From Eledone cirrhosa (Eukaryota): a DNA stretch of 64,000 nt. The notes below the pieces were generated by a model. It was not told where the DNA came from, searched no databases, and was given only the letters and a program-made list of their open reading frames with translations. This document shows, piece by piece, positions 12,745 through 25,559 of the stretch; the stretch's first letter is position 1; every line of letters starts with the position of its first letter. The DNA lies in contig OZ024754.1 in assembly GCA_964016885.1 (NCBI GenBank), forward strand, positions 34,906,001-34,970,000. Direction: 5' to 3'. The position numbers and the translations under genes were made by a program.

Positions 12745-15700
12745 TAGAAAGAAACTAAAGAATGTAGATGAAGTGTATACAGAAAGAAACTAAAGAATGT
12801 TGATGAAGTGTATACAGAAAGAAACTAAAGAATGTAGATGAAGTGTATATAGAAAGAAACTAAAGAATGTTGATGAAGTGTATATAGAAAGAAACTAAAG
12901 AATGTAGATGAAGTGTATATAGAAAGAAACTAAAGAATGTAGATGAAGTGTATACAGAAAGAAACTAAAGAATGTTGATGAAGTGTATACAGAAAGAAAC
13001 TAAAGAATGTAGATGAAGTGTATATAGAAAGAAACTAAAGAATGTTGATGAAGTGTATATAGAAAGAAACTAAAGAATGTAGATGAAGTGTATATAGAAA
13101 GAAACTAAAGAATGTAGATGAAGTGTATACAGAAAGAAACTAAAGAATGTTGATGAAGTGTATACAGAAACAAACTAAAGAATGTAGATGAAGTGTATAT
13201 AGAAAGAAACTAAAGAATGTTGATGAAGTGTATATAGAATTAAACTAAAGAATGTTGATGAAGTGTATATAGAAAGAAACTAAAGAATGTAGATGAAGTG
13301 TATACAGAAAGAAACTAAAGAATGTTGATGAAGTGTATATAGAAAGAAACTAAAGAATGTTGATGAAGTGTATACAGAAAGAAACTAAAGAATGTAGATG
13401 AAGTGTATATAGAAAGAAACTAAAGAATGTAGATGTAGTGTATATAGAAAGAAACTAAAGAATGTAGATGAAGTGTATATAGAAAGAAACTAAAGAATGT
13501 AGATGTAGTGTATATAGAAAGAAACTAAAGAATGTTGATGAAGTGTATATAGAAGGAAACTAAAGAATGTTGATGAAGTGTATATAGAAAGAAACTAAAG
13601 AATGTAGATGAAGTGTATACAGAAAGAAACTAAAGAATGTAGATGAAGTGTATACAGAAAGAAACTAAAGAATGTTGATGAAGTGTATACAGAAAGAAAC
13701 TAAAGAATGTTGATGAAGTGTATACAGAAAGAAACTAAAGAATGTTGATGAAGTGTATACAGAAAGAAACTAAAGAATGTAGATGAAGTGTATACAGAAA
13801 GAAATTAAAGAATGTAGATGAAGTGTATACAGAAAGAAACTAAAGAATGTAGATGAAGTGTATACAGAAAGAAACTAAAGAATGTAGATGAAGCGTATAC
13901 AGAAAGAAACTAAAGAATGTTGATGAAGTGTATACAGAATGAAACTAAAGAATGTTGATGAAGTGTATATAGAAAGAAACTAAAGAATGTTGATGAAGTG
14001 TATATAGAAAGAAACTAAAGAATGTAGATGAAGTGTATACAGAAAGAAACTAAAGAATGTTGATGAAGTGTATATAGAAAGAAACTAAATAATGTTGATG
14101 AAGTGTATACAGAAAGAAACTAAAGAATGTTGATGAAGTGTATACAGAAAGAAACTAAAGAATGTAGATGAAGTGTATACAGAAAGAAACTAAAGAATGT
14201 TGATGAAGTGTATACAGAAAGAAACTAAAGAATGTTGATGAAGTGTATACAGAAAGAAACTAAAGAATGTAGATGAAGTGTATATAGAAAGAAACTAAAG
14301 AATGTTGATGAAGTGTATATAGAAAGAAACTAAAGAATGTTGATGAAGTGTATATAGAAAGAAACTAAAGAATGTAGATGAAGTGTAAATAGAAAGAAAC
14401 TAAAGAATGTAGATGAAGTGTATACAGAAAGAAACTAAAGAATGTTGATGAAGTGTATATAGAAAGAAACTAAAGAATGTAGATGAAGTGTATATAGAAA
14501 GAAACTAAAGAATGTTGATGAAGTGTATATAGAAAGAAACTAAAGAATGTTGATGAAGTGTATATAGAAAAAAACTAAAGAATGTAGATGAAGTGTATAT
14601 AGAAAGAAACTAAAGAATGTAGATGAAGTGTATACAGAAAGAAACTAAAGAATGTTGATGAAGTGTATACAGAAAGAAACTAAAGAATGTAGATGAAGTG
14701 TATATAGAAAGAAACTAAAGAATGTTGATGAAGTGTATATAGAAAGAAACTAAAGAATGTAGATGTAGTGTATATAGAAAGAAACTAAAGAATGTTGATG
14801 AAGTGTATATAGAAAGAAACTAAATAATGTTGATGAAGTGTATACAGAAAGAAACTAAAGAATGTAGATGAAGTGTATATAGAAAGAAACTAAAGAATAT
14901 TAATAAAGTGTATATAGAAAGAAACTAAAGAATGTTGATGAAGTGTATATAGAAAGAAACTAAAGAATGTAGATGAAGTGGAAATAGAAAGAAACTAAAG
15001 AATGTTGATGAAGTGTATATAGAAAGAAACTAAAGAATGTTGATGAAGTGTATATAGAAAGAAACTAAAGAATGTAGATGAAGTGTATATAGAAAGAAAC
15101 TAAAGAATGTAGATGAAGTGTATACAGAAAGAAACTAAAGAATGTTGATGAAGTGTATACAGAAAGAAACTAAAGAATGTAGATGAAGTGTATATAGAAA
15201 GAAACTAAAGAATGTTGATGAAGTGTATATAGAAAGAAACTAAAGAATGTAGATGAAGTGTATATAGAAAGAAACTAAAGAATGTAGATGAAGTGTATAC
15301 AGAAAGAAACTAAAGAATGTTGATGAAGTGTATACAGAAAGAAACTAAAGAATGTAGATGAAGTGTATATAGAAAGAAACTAAAGAATGTTGATGAAGTG
15401 TATATAGAAAGAAACTAAAGAATGTAGATGAAGTGTATATAGAAAGAAACTAAAGAATGTAGATGAAGTGTATACAGAAAGAAACTAAAGAATGTTGATG
15501 AAGTGTATACAGAAACAAACTAAAGAATGTAGATGAAGTGTATATAGAAAGAAACTAAAGAATGTTGATGAAGTGTATATAGAATTAAACTAAAGAATGT
15601 TGATGAAGTGTATATAGAAAGAAACTAAAGAATGTAGATGAAGTGTATACAGAAAGAAACTAAAGAATGTTGATGAAGTGTATATAGAAAGAAACTAAAG

Positions 15701-17000
15701 AATGTTGATGAAGTGTATACAGAAAGAAACTAAAGAATGTAGATGAAGTGTATATAGAAAGAAACTAAAGAATGTAGATGTAGTGTATATAGAAAGAAAC
15801 TAAAGAATGTAGATGAAGTGTATATAGAAAGAAACTAAAGAATGTAGATGTAGTGTATATAGAAAGAAACTAAAGAATGTTGATGAAGTGTATATAGAAG
15901 GAAACTAAAGAATGTTGATGAAGTGTATATAGAAAGAAACTAAAGAATGTAGATGAAGTGTATACAGAAAGAAACTAAAGAATGTAGATGAAGTGTATAC
16001 AGAAAGAAACTAAAGAATGTTGATGAAGTGTATACAGAAAGAAACTAAAGAATGTTGATGAAGTGTATACAGAAAGAAACTAAAGAATGTTGATGAAGTG
16101 TATACAGAAAGAAACTAAAGAATGTAGATGAAGTGTATACAGAAAGAAATTAAAGAATGTAGATGAAGTGTATACAGAAAGAAACTAAAGAATGTAGATG
16201 AAGTGTATACAGAAAGAAACTAAAGAATGTAGATGAAGCGTATACAGAAAGAAACTAAAGAATGTTGATGAAGTGTATACAGAATGAAACTAAAGAATGT
16301 TGATGAAGTGTATATAGAAAGAAACTAAAGAATGTTGATGAAGTGTATATAGAAAGAAACTAAAGAATGTAGATGAAGTGTATACAGAAAGAAACTAAAG
16401 AATGTTGATGAAGTGTATATAGAAAGAAACTAAATAATGTTGATGAAGTGTATACAGAAAGAAACTAAAGAATGTTGATGAAGTGTATACAGAAAGAAAC
16501 TAAAGAATGTAGATGAAGTGTATACAGAAAGAAACTAAAGAATGTTGATGAAGTGTATACAGAAAGAAACTAAAGAATGTTGATGAAGTGTATACAGAAA
16601 GAAACTAAAGAATGTAGATGAAGTGTATATAGAAAGAAACTAAAGAATGTTGATGAAGTGTATATAGAAAGAAACTAAAGAATGTTGATGAAGTGTATAT
16701 AGAAAGAAACTAAAGAATGTAGATGAAGTGTAAATAGAAAGAAACTAAAGAATGTAGATGAAGTGTATACAGAAAGAAACTAAAGAATGTTGATGAAGTG
16801 TATATAGAAAGAAACTAAAGAATGTAGATGAAGTGTATATAGAAAGAAACTAAAGAATGTTGATGAAGTGTATATAGAAAGAAACTAAAGAATGTTGATG
16901 AAGTGTATATAGAAAAAAACTAAAGAATGTAGATGAAGTGTATATAGAAAGAAACTAAAGAATGTAGATGAAGTGTATACAGAAAGAAACTAAAGAATGT
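10935..17000. repeat. Local higher-order repeat of 2,345 bp (67 monomers), about 2.6 tandem copies
   Basis: Markers recur at 2,345-bp steps: aaattaaag 11460/13805/16150, gtaaat 12041/14386/16731, gaaaaaaac 12221/14566/16911, tattaat 12554/14899, aaacaaac 13171/15516. Confidence 0.92.
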
Positions 17001-20000
17001 AGATGAAGTGTATATAGAAAGAAACTAAAGAATGTAGATGTAGTGTATATAGAAAGAAACTAAAGAATGTTGATGAAGTGTATACAGAAAGAAACTAAAG
17101 AATGTAGATGAAGTGTATATAGAAAGAAACTAAAGAATGTAGATGAAGTGTATACAGAAAGAAACTAAAGAATGTAGATGAAGTGTATATAGAAAGAAAC
17201 TAAAGAATGTTGATGAAGTGTATATAGAAAGAAACTAAAGAATGTAGATGAAGTGTATATAGAAAGAAACTAAAGAATGTAGATGTAGTGTATATAGAAA
17301 GAAACTAAAGAATGTTGATGAAGTGTATATAGAAAGAAACTAAAGAATGTAGATGAAGTGTATATAGAAAGAAACTAAAGAATGTAGATGAAGTGTATAC
17401 AGAATGAAACTAAAGAATGTAGATGAAGTGTATACAGAAAGAAACTAAAGAATGTTGATGAAGTGTATATAGAAAGAAACTAAAGAATGTTGATGAAGTG
17501 TATACAGAAAGAAACTAAGGAATGTAGATGAAGTGTATATAGAAAGAAACTAAAGAATGTAGATGTAGTGTATATTGAAAGAAACTAAAGAATGTAGATG
17601 AAGTGTATATAGAAAGAAACTAAAGAATGTAGATGTAGTGTATATAGAAAGAAACTAAAGAATGTTGATGAAGTGTATATAGAAAGAAACTAAAGAATGT
17701 TGATGAAGTGTATATAGAAAGAAACTAAAGAATGTAGATGAAGTGTATACAGAAAGAAACTAAAGAATGTAGGTGAAGTGTATACAGAAAGAAACTAAAG
17801 AATGTTGATGAAGTGTATACAGAAAGAAACTAAAGAATGTAGATGAAGTGTATACAGAAAGAAACTAAAGAATGTTGATGAAGTGTATACAGAAAGAAAC
17901 TAAAGAATGTTGATGAAGTGTATACAGAAAGAAACTAAAGAATGTAGATGAAGTGTATATAGAAAGAAACTAAAGAATGTTGATGAAGTGTATATCGAAA
18001 GAAACTAAAGAATGTTGATGAAGTGTATATAGAAAGAAACTAAAGAATGTAGATGAAGTGTAAATAGAAAGAAACTAAAGAATGTAGATGAAGTGTATAC
18101 AGAAAGAAACTAAAGAATGTTGATGAAGTGTATATAGAAAGAAACTAAAGAATGTAGATGAAGTGTATATAGAAAGAAACTAAAGAATGTTGATGAAGTG
18201 TATATAGAAAGAAACTAAAGAATGTTGATGAAGTGTATATAGAAAAAAACTAAAGAATGTAGATGAAGTGTATATAGAAAGAAACTAAAGAATGTAGATG
18301 AAGTGTATACAGAAAGAAACTAAAGAATGTTGATGAAGTGTATACAGAAAGAAACTAAAGAATGTAGATGAAGTGTATATAGAAAGAAACTAAAGAATGT
18401 TGATGAAGTGTATATAGAAAGAAACTAAAGAATGTTGATGAAGTGTATATAGAAAGAAACTAAAGAATGTAGATGAAGTGTATATAGAAAGAAACTAAAG
18501 AATGTAGATGAAGTGTATACAGAAAGAAACTAAAGAATGTAGATGAAGTGTATATAGAAAGAAACTAAAGAATGTAGATGAAGTGTATACAGAAAGAAAC
18601 TAAAGAATGTTGATGAAGTGTATACAGAAACAAACTAAAGAATGTAGATGAAGTGTATATAGAAAGAAACTAAAGAATGTTGATGAAGTGTATATAGAAT
18701 TAAACTAAAGAATGTTGATGAAGTGTATATAGAAAGAAACTAAAGAATGTAGATGAAGTGTATATAGAAAGAAACTAAAGAATGTAGATGAAGTGTATAC
18801 AGAAAGAAACTAAAGAATGTTGATGAAGTGTATACAGAAAGAAACTAAAGAATGTAGATGAAGTGTATATAGAAAGAAACTAAAGAATGTAGATGTAGTG
18901 TATATAGAAAGAAACTAAAGAATGTTGATGAAGTGTATACAGAAAGAAACTAAAGAATGTAGATGAAGTGTATATAGAAAGAAACTAAAGAATGTAGATG
19001 AAGTGTATACAGAAAGAAACTAAAGAATGTAGATGAAGTGTATATAGAAAGAAACTAAAGAATGTTGATGAAGTGTATATAGAAAGAAACTAAAGAATGT
19101 AGATGAAGTGTATATAGAAAGAAACTAAAGAATGTAGATGTAGTGTATATAGAAAGAAACTAAAGAATGTTGATGAAGTGTATATAGAAAGAAACTAAAG
19201 AATGTAGATGAAGTGTATATAGAAAGAAACTAAAGAATGTAGATGAAGTGTATACAGAATGAAACTAAAAATGTAGATGAAGTGTATACAGAAAGAAACT
19301 AAAGAATGTTGATGAAGTGTATATAGAAAGAAACTAAAGAATGTTGATGAAGTGTATACAGAAAGAAACTAAGGAATGTAGATGAAGTGTATATAGAAAG
19401 AAACTAAAGAATGTAGATGTAGTGTATATTGAAAGAAACTAAAGAATGTAGATGAAGTGTATATAGAAAGAAACTAAAGAATGTAGATGTAGTGTATATA
19501 GAAAGAAACTAAAGAATGTTGATGAAGTGTATATAGAAAGAAACTAAAGAATGTTGATGAAGTGTATATAGAAAGAAACTAAAGAATGTAGATGAAGTGT
19601 ATACAGAAAGAAACTTAAGAATGTAGATGAAGTGTATACAGAAAGAAACTAAAGAATGTTGATGAAGTGTATACAGAAAGAAACTAAAGAATGTTGATGA
19701 AGTGTATACAGAAAGAAACTAAAGAATGTTGATGAAGTGTATACAGAAAGAAACTAAAGAATGTAGATGTAGTGTATATAGAAAGAAACTAAAGAATGTA
19801 GATGAAGTGTATACAGAATGAAACTAAAGAATGTAGATGAAGTGTATACAGAAAGAAACTAAAGAATGTTGATGAAGTGTATATAGAAAGAAACTAAAGA
19901 ATGTTGATGAAGTGTATACAGAAAGAAACTAAAGAATGTAGATGAAGTGTATATAGAAGGAAACTAAAGAATGTAGATGTAGTGTATATAGAAAGAAACT

Positions 20001-23000
20001 AAAGAATGTAGATGAAGTGTATATAGAAAGAAACTAAAGAATGTAGATGTAGTGTATATAGAAAGAAACTAAAGAATGTTGATGAAGTGTATATAGAAGG
20101 AAACTAAAGAATGTTGATGAAGTGTATATAGAAAGAAACTAAAGAATGTAGATGAAGTGTATACAGAAAGAAACTAAAGAATGTAGATGAAGTGTATACA
20201 GAAAGAAACTAAAGAATGTTGATGAAGTGTATACAGAAAGAAACTAAAGAATGTTGATGAAGTGTATACAGAAAGAAACTAAAGAATGTTGATGAAGTGT
20301 ATACAGAAAGAAACTAAAGAATGTAGATGAAGTGTATATAGAAAGAAACTAAAGAATGTTGATGAAGTGTATATAGAAAGAAACTAAAGAATGTTGATGA
20401 AGTGTATATAGAAAAAAACTAAAGAATGTAGATGAAGTGTATATAGAAAGAAACTAAAGAATGTAGATGAAGTGTATACAGAAAGAAACTAAAGAATGTT
20501 GATGAAGTGTATACAGAAAGAAACTAAAGAATGTAGATGAAGTGTATATAGAAAGAAACTAAAGAATGTTGATGAAGTGTATATAGAAAGAAACTAAAGA
20601 ATGTTGATGAAGTGTATATAGAAAGAAACTAAAGAATGTAGATGAAGTGTATATAGAAAGAAACTAAAGAATGTAGATGAAGTGTATACAGAAAGAAACT
20701 AAAGAATGTTGATGAAGTGTATACAGAAAGAAACTAAAGAATGTAGATGAAGTGTATATAGAAAGAAACTAAAGAATGTTGATGAAGTGTATATAGAAAG
20801 AAACTAAAGAATGTAGATGAAGTGTATATAGAAAGAAACTAAAGAATGTAGATGAAGTGTATACAGAAAGAAACTAAAGAATGTTGATGAAGTGTATACA
20901 GAAACAAACTAAAGAATGTAGATGAAGTGTATATAGAAAGAAACTAAAGAATGTTGATGAAGTGTATATAGAATTAAACTAAAGAATGTTGATGAAGTGT
21001 ATATAGAAAGAAACTAAAGAATGTAGATGAAGTGTATATAGAAAGAAACTAAAGAATGTAGATGAAGTGTATACAGAAAGAAACTAAAGAATGTTGATGA
21101 AGTGTATACAGAAAGAAACTAAAGAATGTAGATGAAGTGTATATAGAAAGAAACTAAAGAATGTAGATGTAGTGTATATAGAAAGAAACTAAAGAATGTT
21201 GATGAAGTGTATACAGAAAGAAACTAAAGAATGTAGATGAAGTGTATATAGAAAGAAACTAAAGAATGTAGATGAGGTGTATACAGAAAGAAACTAAAGA
21301 ATGTAGATGAAGTGTATATAGAAAGAAACTAAAGAATGTTGATGAAGTGTATATAGAAAGAAACTAAAGAATGTAGATGAAGTGTATATAGAAAGAAACT
21401 AATGAATGTAGATGTAGTGTATATAGAAAGAAACTAAAGGATGTTGATGAAGTGTATATAGAAAGAAACTAAAGAATGTAGATGAAGTGTATATAGAAAG
21501 AAACTAAAGAATGTAGATGAAGTGTATACAGAATGAAACTTAAGAATGTAGATGAAGTGTATACAGAAAGAAACTAAAGAATGTTGATGAAGTGTATATA
21601 GAAAGAAACTAAAGAATGTTGATGAAGTGTATACAGAAAGAAACTAAGGAATGTAGATGAAGTGTATATAGAAAGAAACTAAAGAATGTAGATGTAGTGT
21701 ATATTGAAAGAAACTAAAGAATGTAGATGAAGTGTATATAGAAAGAAACTAAAGAATGTAGATGTAGTGTATATAGAAAGAAACTAAAGAATGTTGATGA
21801 AGTGTATATAGAAAGAAACTAAAGAATGTTGATGAAGTGTATATAGAAAGAAACTAAAGAATGTAGATGAAGTGTATACAGAAAGAAACTAAAGAATGTA
21901 GATGAAGTGTATACAGAAAGAAACTAAAGAATGTTGATGAAGTGTATACAGAAAGAAACTAAAGAATGTTGATGAAGTGTATACAGAAAGAAACTAAAGA
22001 ATGTTGATGAAGTGTATACAGAAAGAAACTAAAGAATGTAGATGTAGTGTATATAGAAAGAAACTGAAGAATGTAGATGAAGTGTATACAGAATGAAACT
22101 AAAGAATGTAGATGAAGTGTATACAGAAAGAAACTAAAGAATGTTGATGAAGTGTATATAGAAAGAAACTAAAGAATGTTGATGAAGTGTATACAGAAAG
22201 AAACTAAAGAATGTAGATGAAGTGTATATAGAAAGAAACTAAAGAATGTAGATGTAGTGTATATAGAAAGAAACTAAAGAATGTAGATGAAGTGTATATA
22301 GAAAGAAACTAAAGAATGTAGATGTAGTGTATATAGAAAGAAACTAAAGAATGTTGATGAAGTGTATATAGAAGGAAACTAAAGAATGTTGATGAAGTGT
22401 ATATCGAAAGAAACTAAAGAATGTAGATGAAGTGTATACAGAAAGAAACTAAAGAATGTAGATGAAGTGTATACAGAAAAAACTAAAGAATGTTGATGAA
22501 GTGTATACAGAAAGAAACTAAAGAATGTTGATGAATTGTATACAGAAAGAAACTAAAGAATGTTGATGAAGTGTATACAGAAAGAAACTAAAGAATGTAG
22601 ATGAAGTGTATACAGAAAGAAATTAAAGAATGTAGATGAAGTGTATACAGAAAGAAACTAAACAATGTAGATGAAGTGTATACAGAAAGAAACTAAAGAA
22701 TGTAGATGAAGCGTATACAGAAAGAAACTAAAGAATGTTGATGAAGTGTATACAGAATGAAACTAAAGAATGTTGATGAAGTGTATATAGAAAGAAACTA
22801 AAGAATGTTGATGAAGTGTATATAGAAAGAAACTAAAGAATGTAGATGAAGTGTATACAGAAAGAAACTAAAGAATGTTGATGAAGTGTATATAGAAAGA
22901 AACTAAATAATGTTGATGAAGTGTATACAGAAAGAAACTAAAGAATGTTGATGAAGTGTATACAGAAAGAAACTAAAGAATGTAGATGAAGTGTATACAG

Positions 23001-25438
23001 AAAGAAACTAAAGAATGTTGATGAAGTGTATACAGAAAGAAACTAAAGAATGTTGATGAAGTGTATACAGAAAGAAACTAAAGAATGTAGATGAAGTGTA
23101 TATAGAAAGAAACTAAAGAATGTTGATGAAGTGTATATAGAAAGAAACTAAAGAATGTTGATGAAGTGTATATAGAAAGAAACTAAAGAATGTAGATGAA
23201 GTGTAAATAGAAAGAAACTAAAGAATGTAGATGAAGTGTATACAGAAAGAAACTAAAGAATGTTGATGAAGTGTATATAGAAAGAAACTAAAGAATGTAG
23301 ATGAAGTGTATATAGAAAGAAACTAAAGAATGTTGATGAAGTGTATATAGAAAGAAACTAAAGAATGTTGATGAAGTGTATATAGAAAAAAACTAAAGAA
23401 TGTAGATGAAGTGTATATAGAAAGAAACTAAAGAATGTAGATGAAGTGTATACAGAAAGAAACTAAAGAATGTTGATGAAGTGTATACAGAAAGAAACTA
23501 AAGAATGTAGATGAAGTGTATATAGAAAGAAACTAAAGAATGTTGATGAAGTGTATATAGAAAGAAACTAAAGAATGTAGATGTAGTGTATATAGAAAGA
23601 AACTAAAGAATGTTGATGAAGTGTATATAGAAAGAAACTAAATAATGTTGATGAAGTGTATACAGAAAGAAACTAAAGAATGTAGATGAAGTGTATATAG
23701 AAAGAAACTAAAGAATATTAATAAAGTGTATATAGAAAGAAACTAAAGAATGTTGATGAAGTGTATATAGAAAGAAACTAAAGAATGTAGATGAAGTGGA
23801 AATAGAAAGAAACTAAAGAATGTTGATGAAGTGTATATAGAAAGAAACTAAAGAATGTTGATGAAGTGTATATAGAAAGAAACTAAAGAATGTAGATGAA
23901 GTGTATACAGAAAGAAACTAAAGAATGTTGATGAAGTGGAAATAGAAAGAAACTAAAGAATGTTGATGAAGTGTATATAGAAAGAAACTAAAGAATGTTG
24001 ATGAAGTGTATATAGAAAGAAACTAAAGAATGTAGATGAAGTGTATACAGAAAGAAACTAAAGAATGTTGATGAAGTGTATACAGAAAGAAACTAAAGAA
24101 TGTAGATGAAGTGTATATAGAAAGAAACTAAAGAATGTTGATGAAGTGTATATAGAAAGAAACTAAAGAATGTAGATGAAGTGTATATAGAAAGAAACTA
24201 AAGAATGTAGATGAAGTGTATACAGAAAGAAACTAAAGAATGTTGATGAAGTGTATACAGAAAGAAACTAAAGAATGTAGATGAAGTGTATATAGAAAGA
24301 AACTAAAGAATGTTGATGAAGTGTATATAGAAAGAAACTAAAGAATGTTGATGAAGTGTATATAGAATTAAACTAAAGAATGTTGATGAAGTGTATATAG
24401 AAAGAAACTAAAGAATGTAGATGAAGTGTATATAGAAAGAAACTAAAGAATGTAGATGAAGTGTATACAGAAAGAAACTAAAGAATGTTGATGAAGTGTA
24501 TACAGAAAGAAACTAAAGAATGTAGATGAAGTGTATATAGAAAGAAACTAAAGAATGTAGATGTAGTGTATATAGAAAGAAACTAAAGAATGTTGATGAA
24601 GTGTATACAGAAAGAAACTAAAGAATGTAGATGAAGTGTATATAGAAAGAAACTAAAGAATGTAGATGAAGTGTATACAGAAAGAAACTAAAGAATGTAG
24701 ATGAAGTGTATATAGAAAGAAACTAAAGAATGTTGATGAAGTGTATATAGAAAGAAACTAAAGAATGTAGATGAAGTGTATATAGAAAGAAACTAAAGAA
24801 TGTAGATGTAGTGTATATAGAAAGAAACTAAAGAATGTTGATGAAGTGTATATAGAAAGAAACTAAAGAATGTAGATGAAGTGTATATAGAAAGAAACTA
24901 AAGAATGTAGATGAAGTGTATACAGAATGAAACTAAAGAATGTAGATGAAGTGTATACAGAAAGAAACTAAAGAATGTTGATGAAGTGTATATAGAAAGA
25001 AACTAAAGAATGTTGATGAAGTGTATACAGAAAGAAACTAAGGAATGTAGATGAAGTGTATATAGAAAGAAACTAAAGAATGTAGATGTAGTGTATATTG
25101 AAAGAAACTAAAGAATGTAGATGAAGTGTATATAGAAAGAAACTAAAGAATGTAGATGTAGTGTATATAGCAAGAAACTAAAGAATGTTGATGAAGTGTA
25201 TATAGAAAGAAACTAAAGAATGTTGATGAAGTGTATATAGAAAGAAACTAAAGAATGTAGATGAAGTGTATACAGAAAGAAACTAAAGAATGTAGATGAA
25301 GTGTATACAGAAAGAAACTAAAGAATGTTGATGAAGTGTATACAGAAAGAAACTAAAGAATGTTGATGAAGTGTATACAGAAAGAAACTAAAGAATGTTG
25401 ATGAAGTGTATACAGAAAGAAACTAAAGAATGTAGATG
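15363..25438. repeat. Copy B of the large block duplication; 805 bp (23 monomers) shorter than copy A near 24350
   Basis: The offset is 15,362 up to ~24348, then 14,557 (gaattaaac 9811/24368, ctaagg 10481/25038, attgaa 10541/25098). The match ends at about 25438. Confidence 0.9.
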
Positions 25439-25559
25439 AAGTGTATACAGAAAGAAACTAAAGAATGTAGATGAAGTGTATATAGAAAGAAACTAAAGAA
25501 TGTAGATGAAGTGTATATAGAAAGAAACTAAAGAATGTTGATGAAGTGTATACAGAAAG

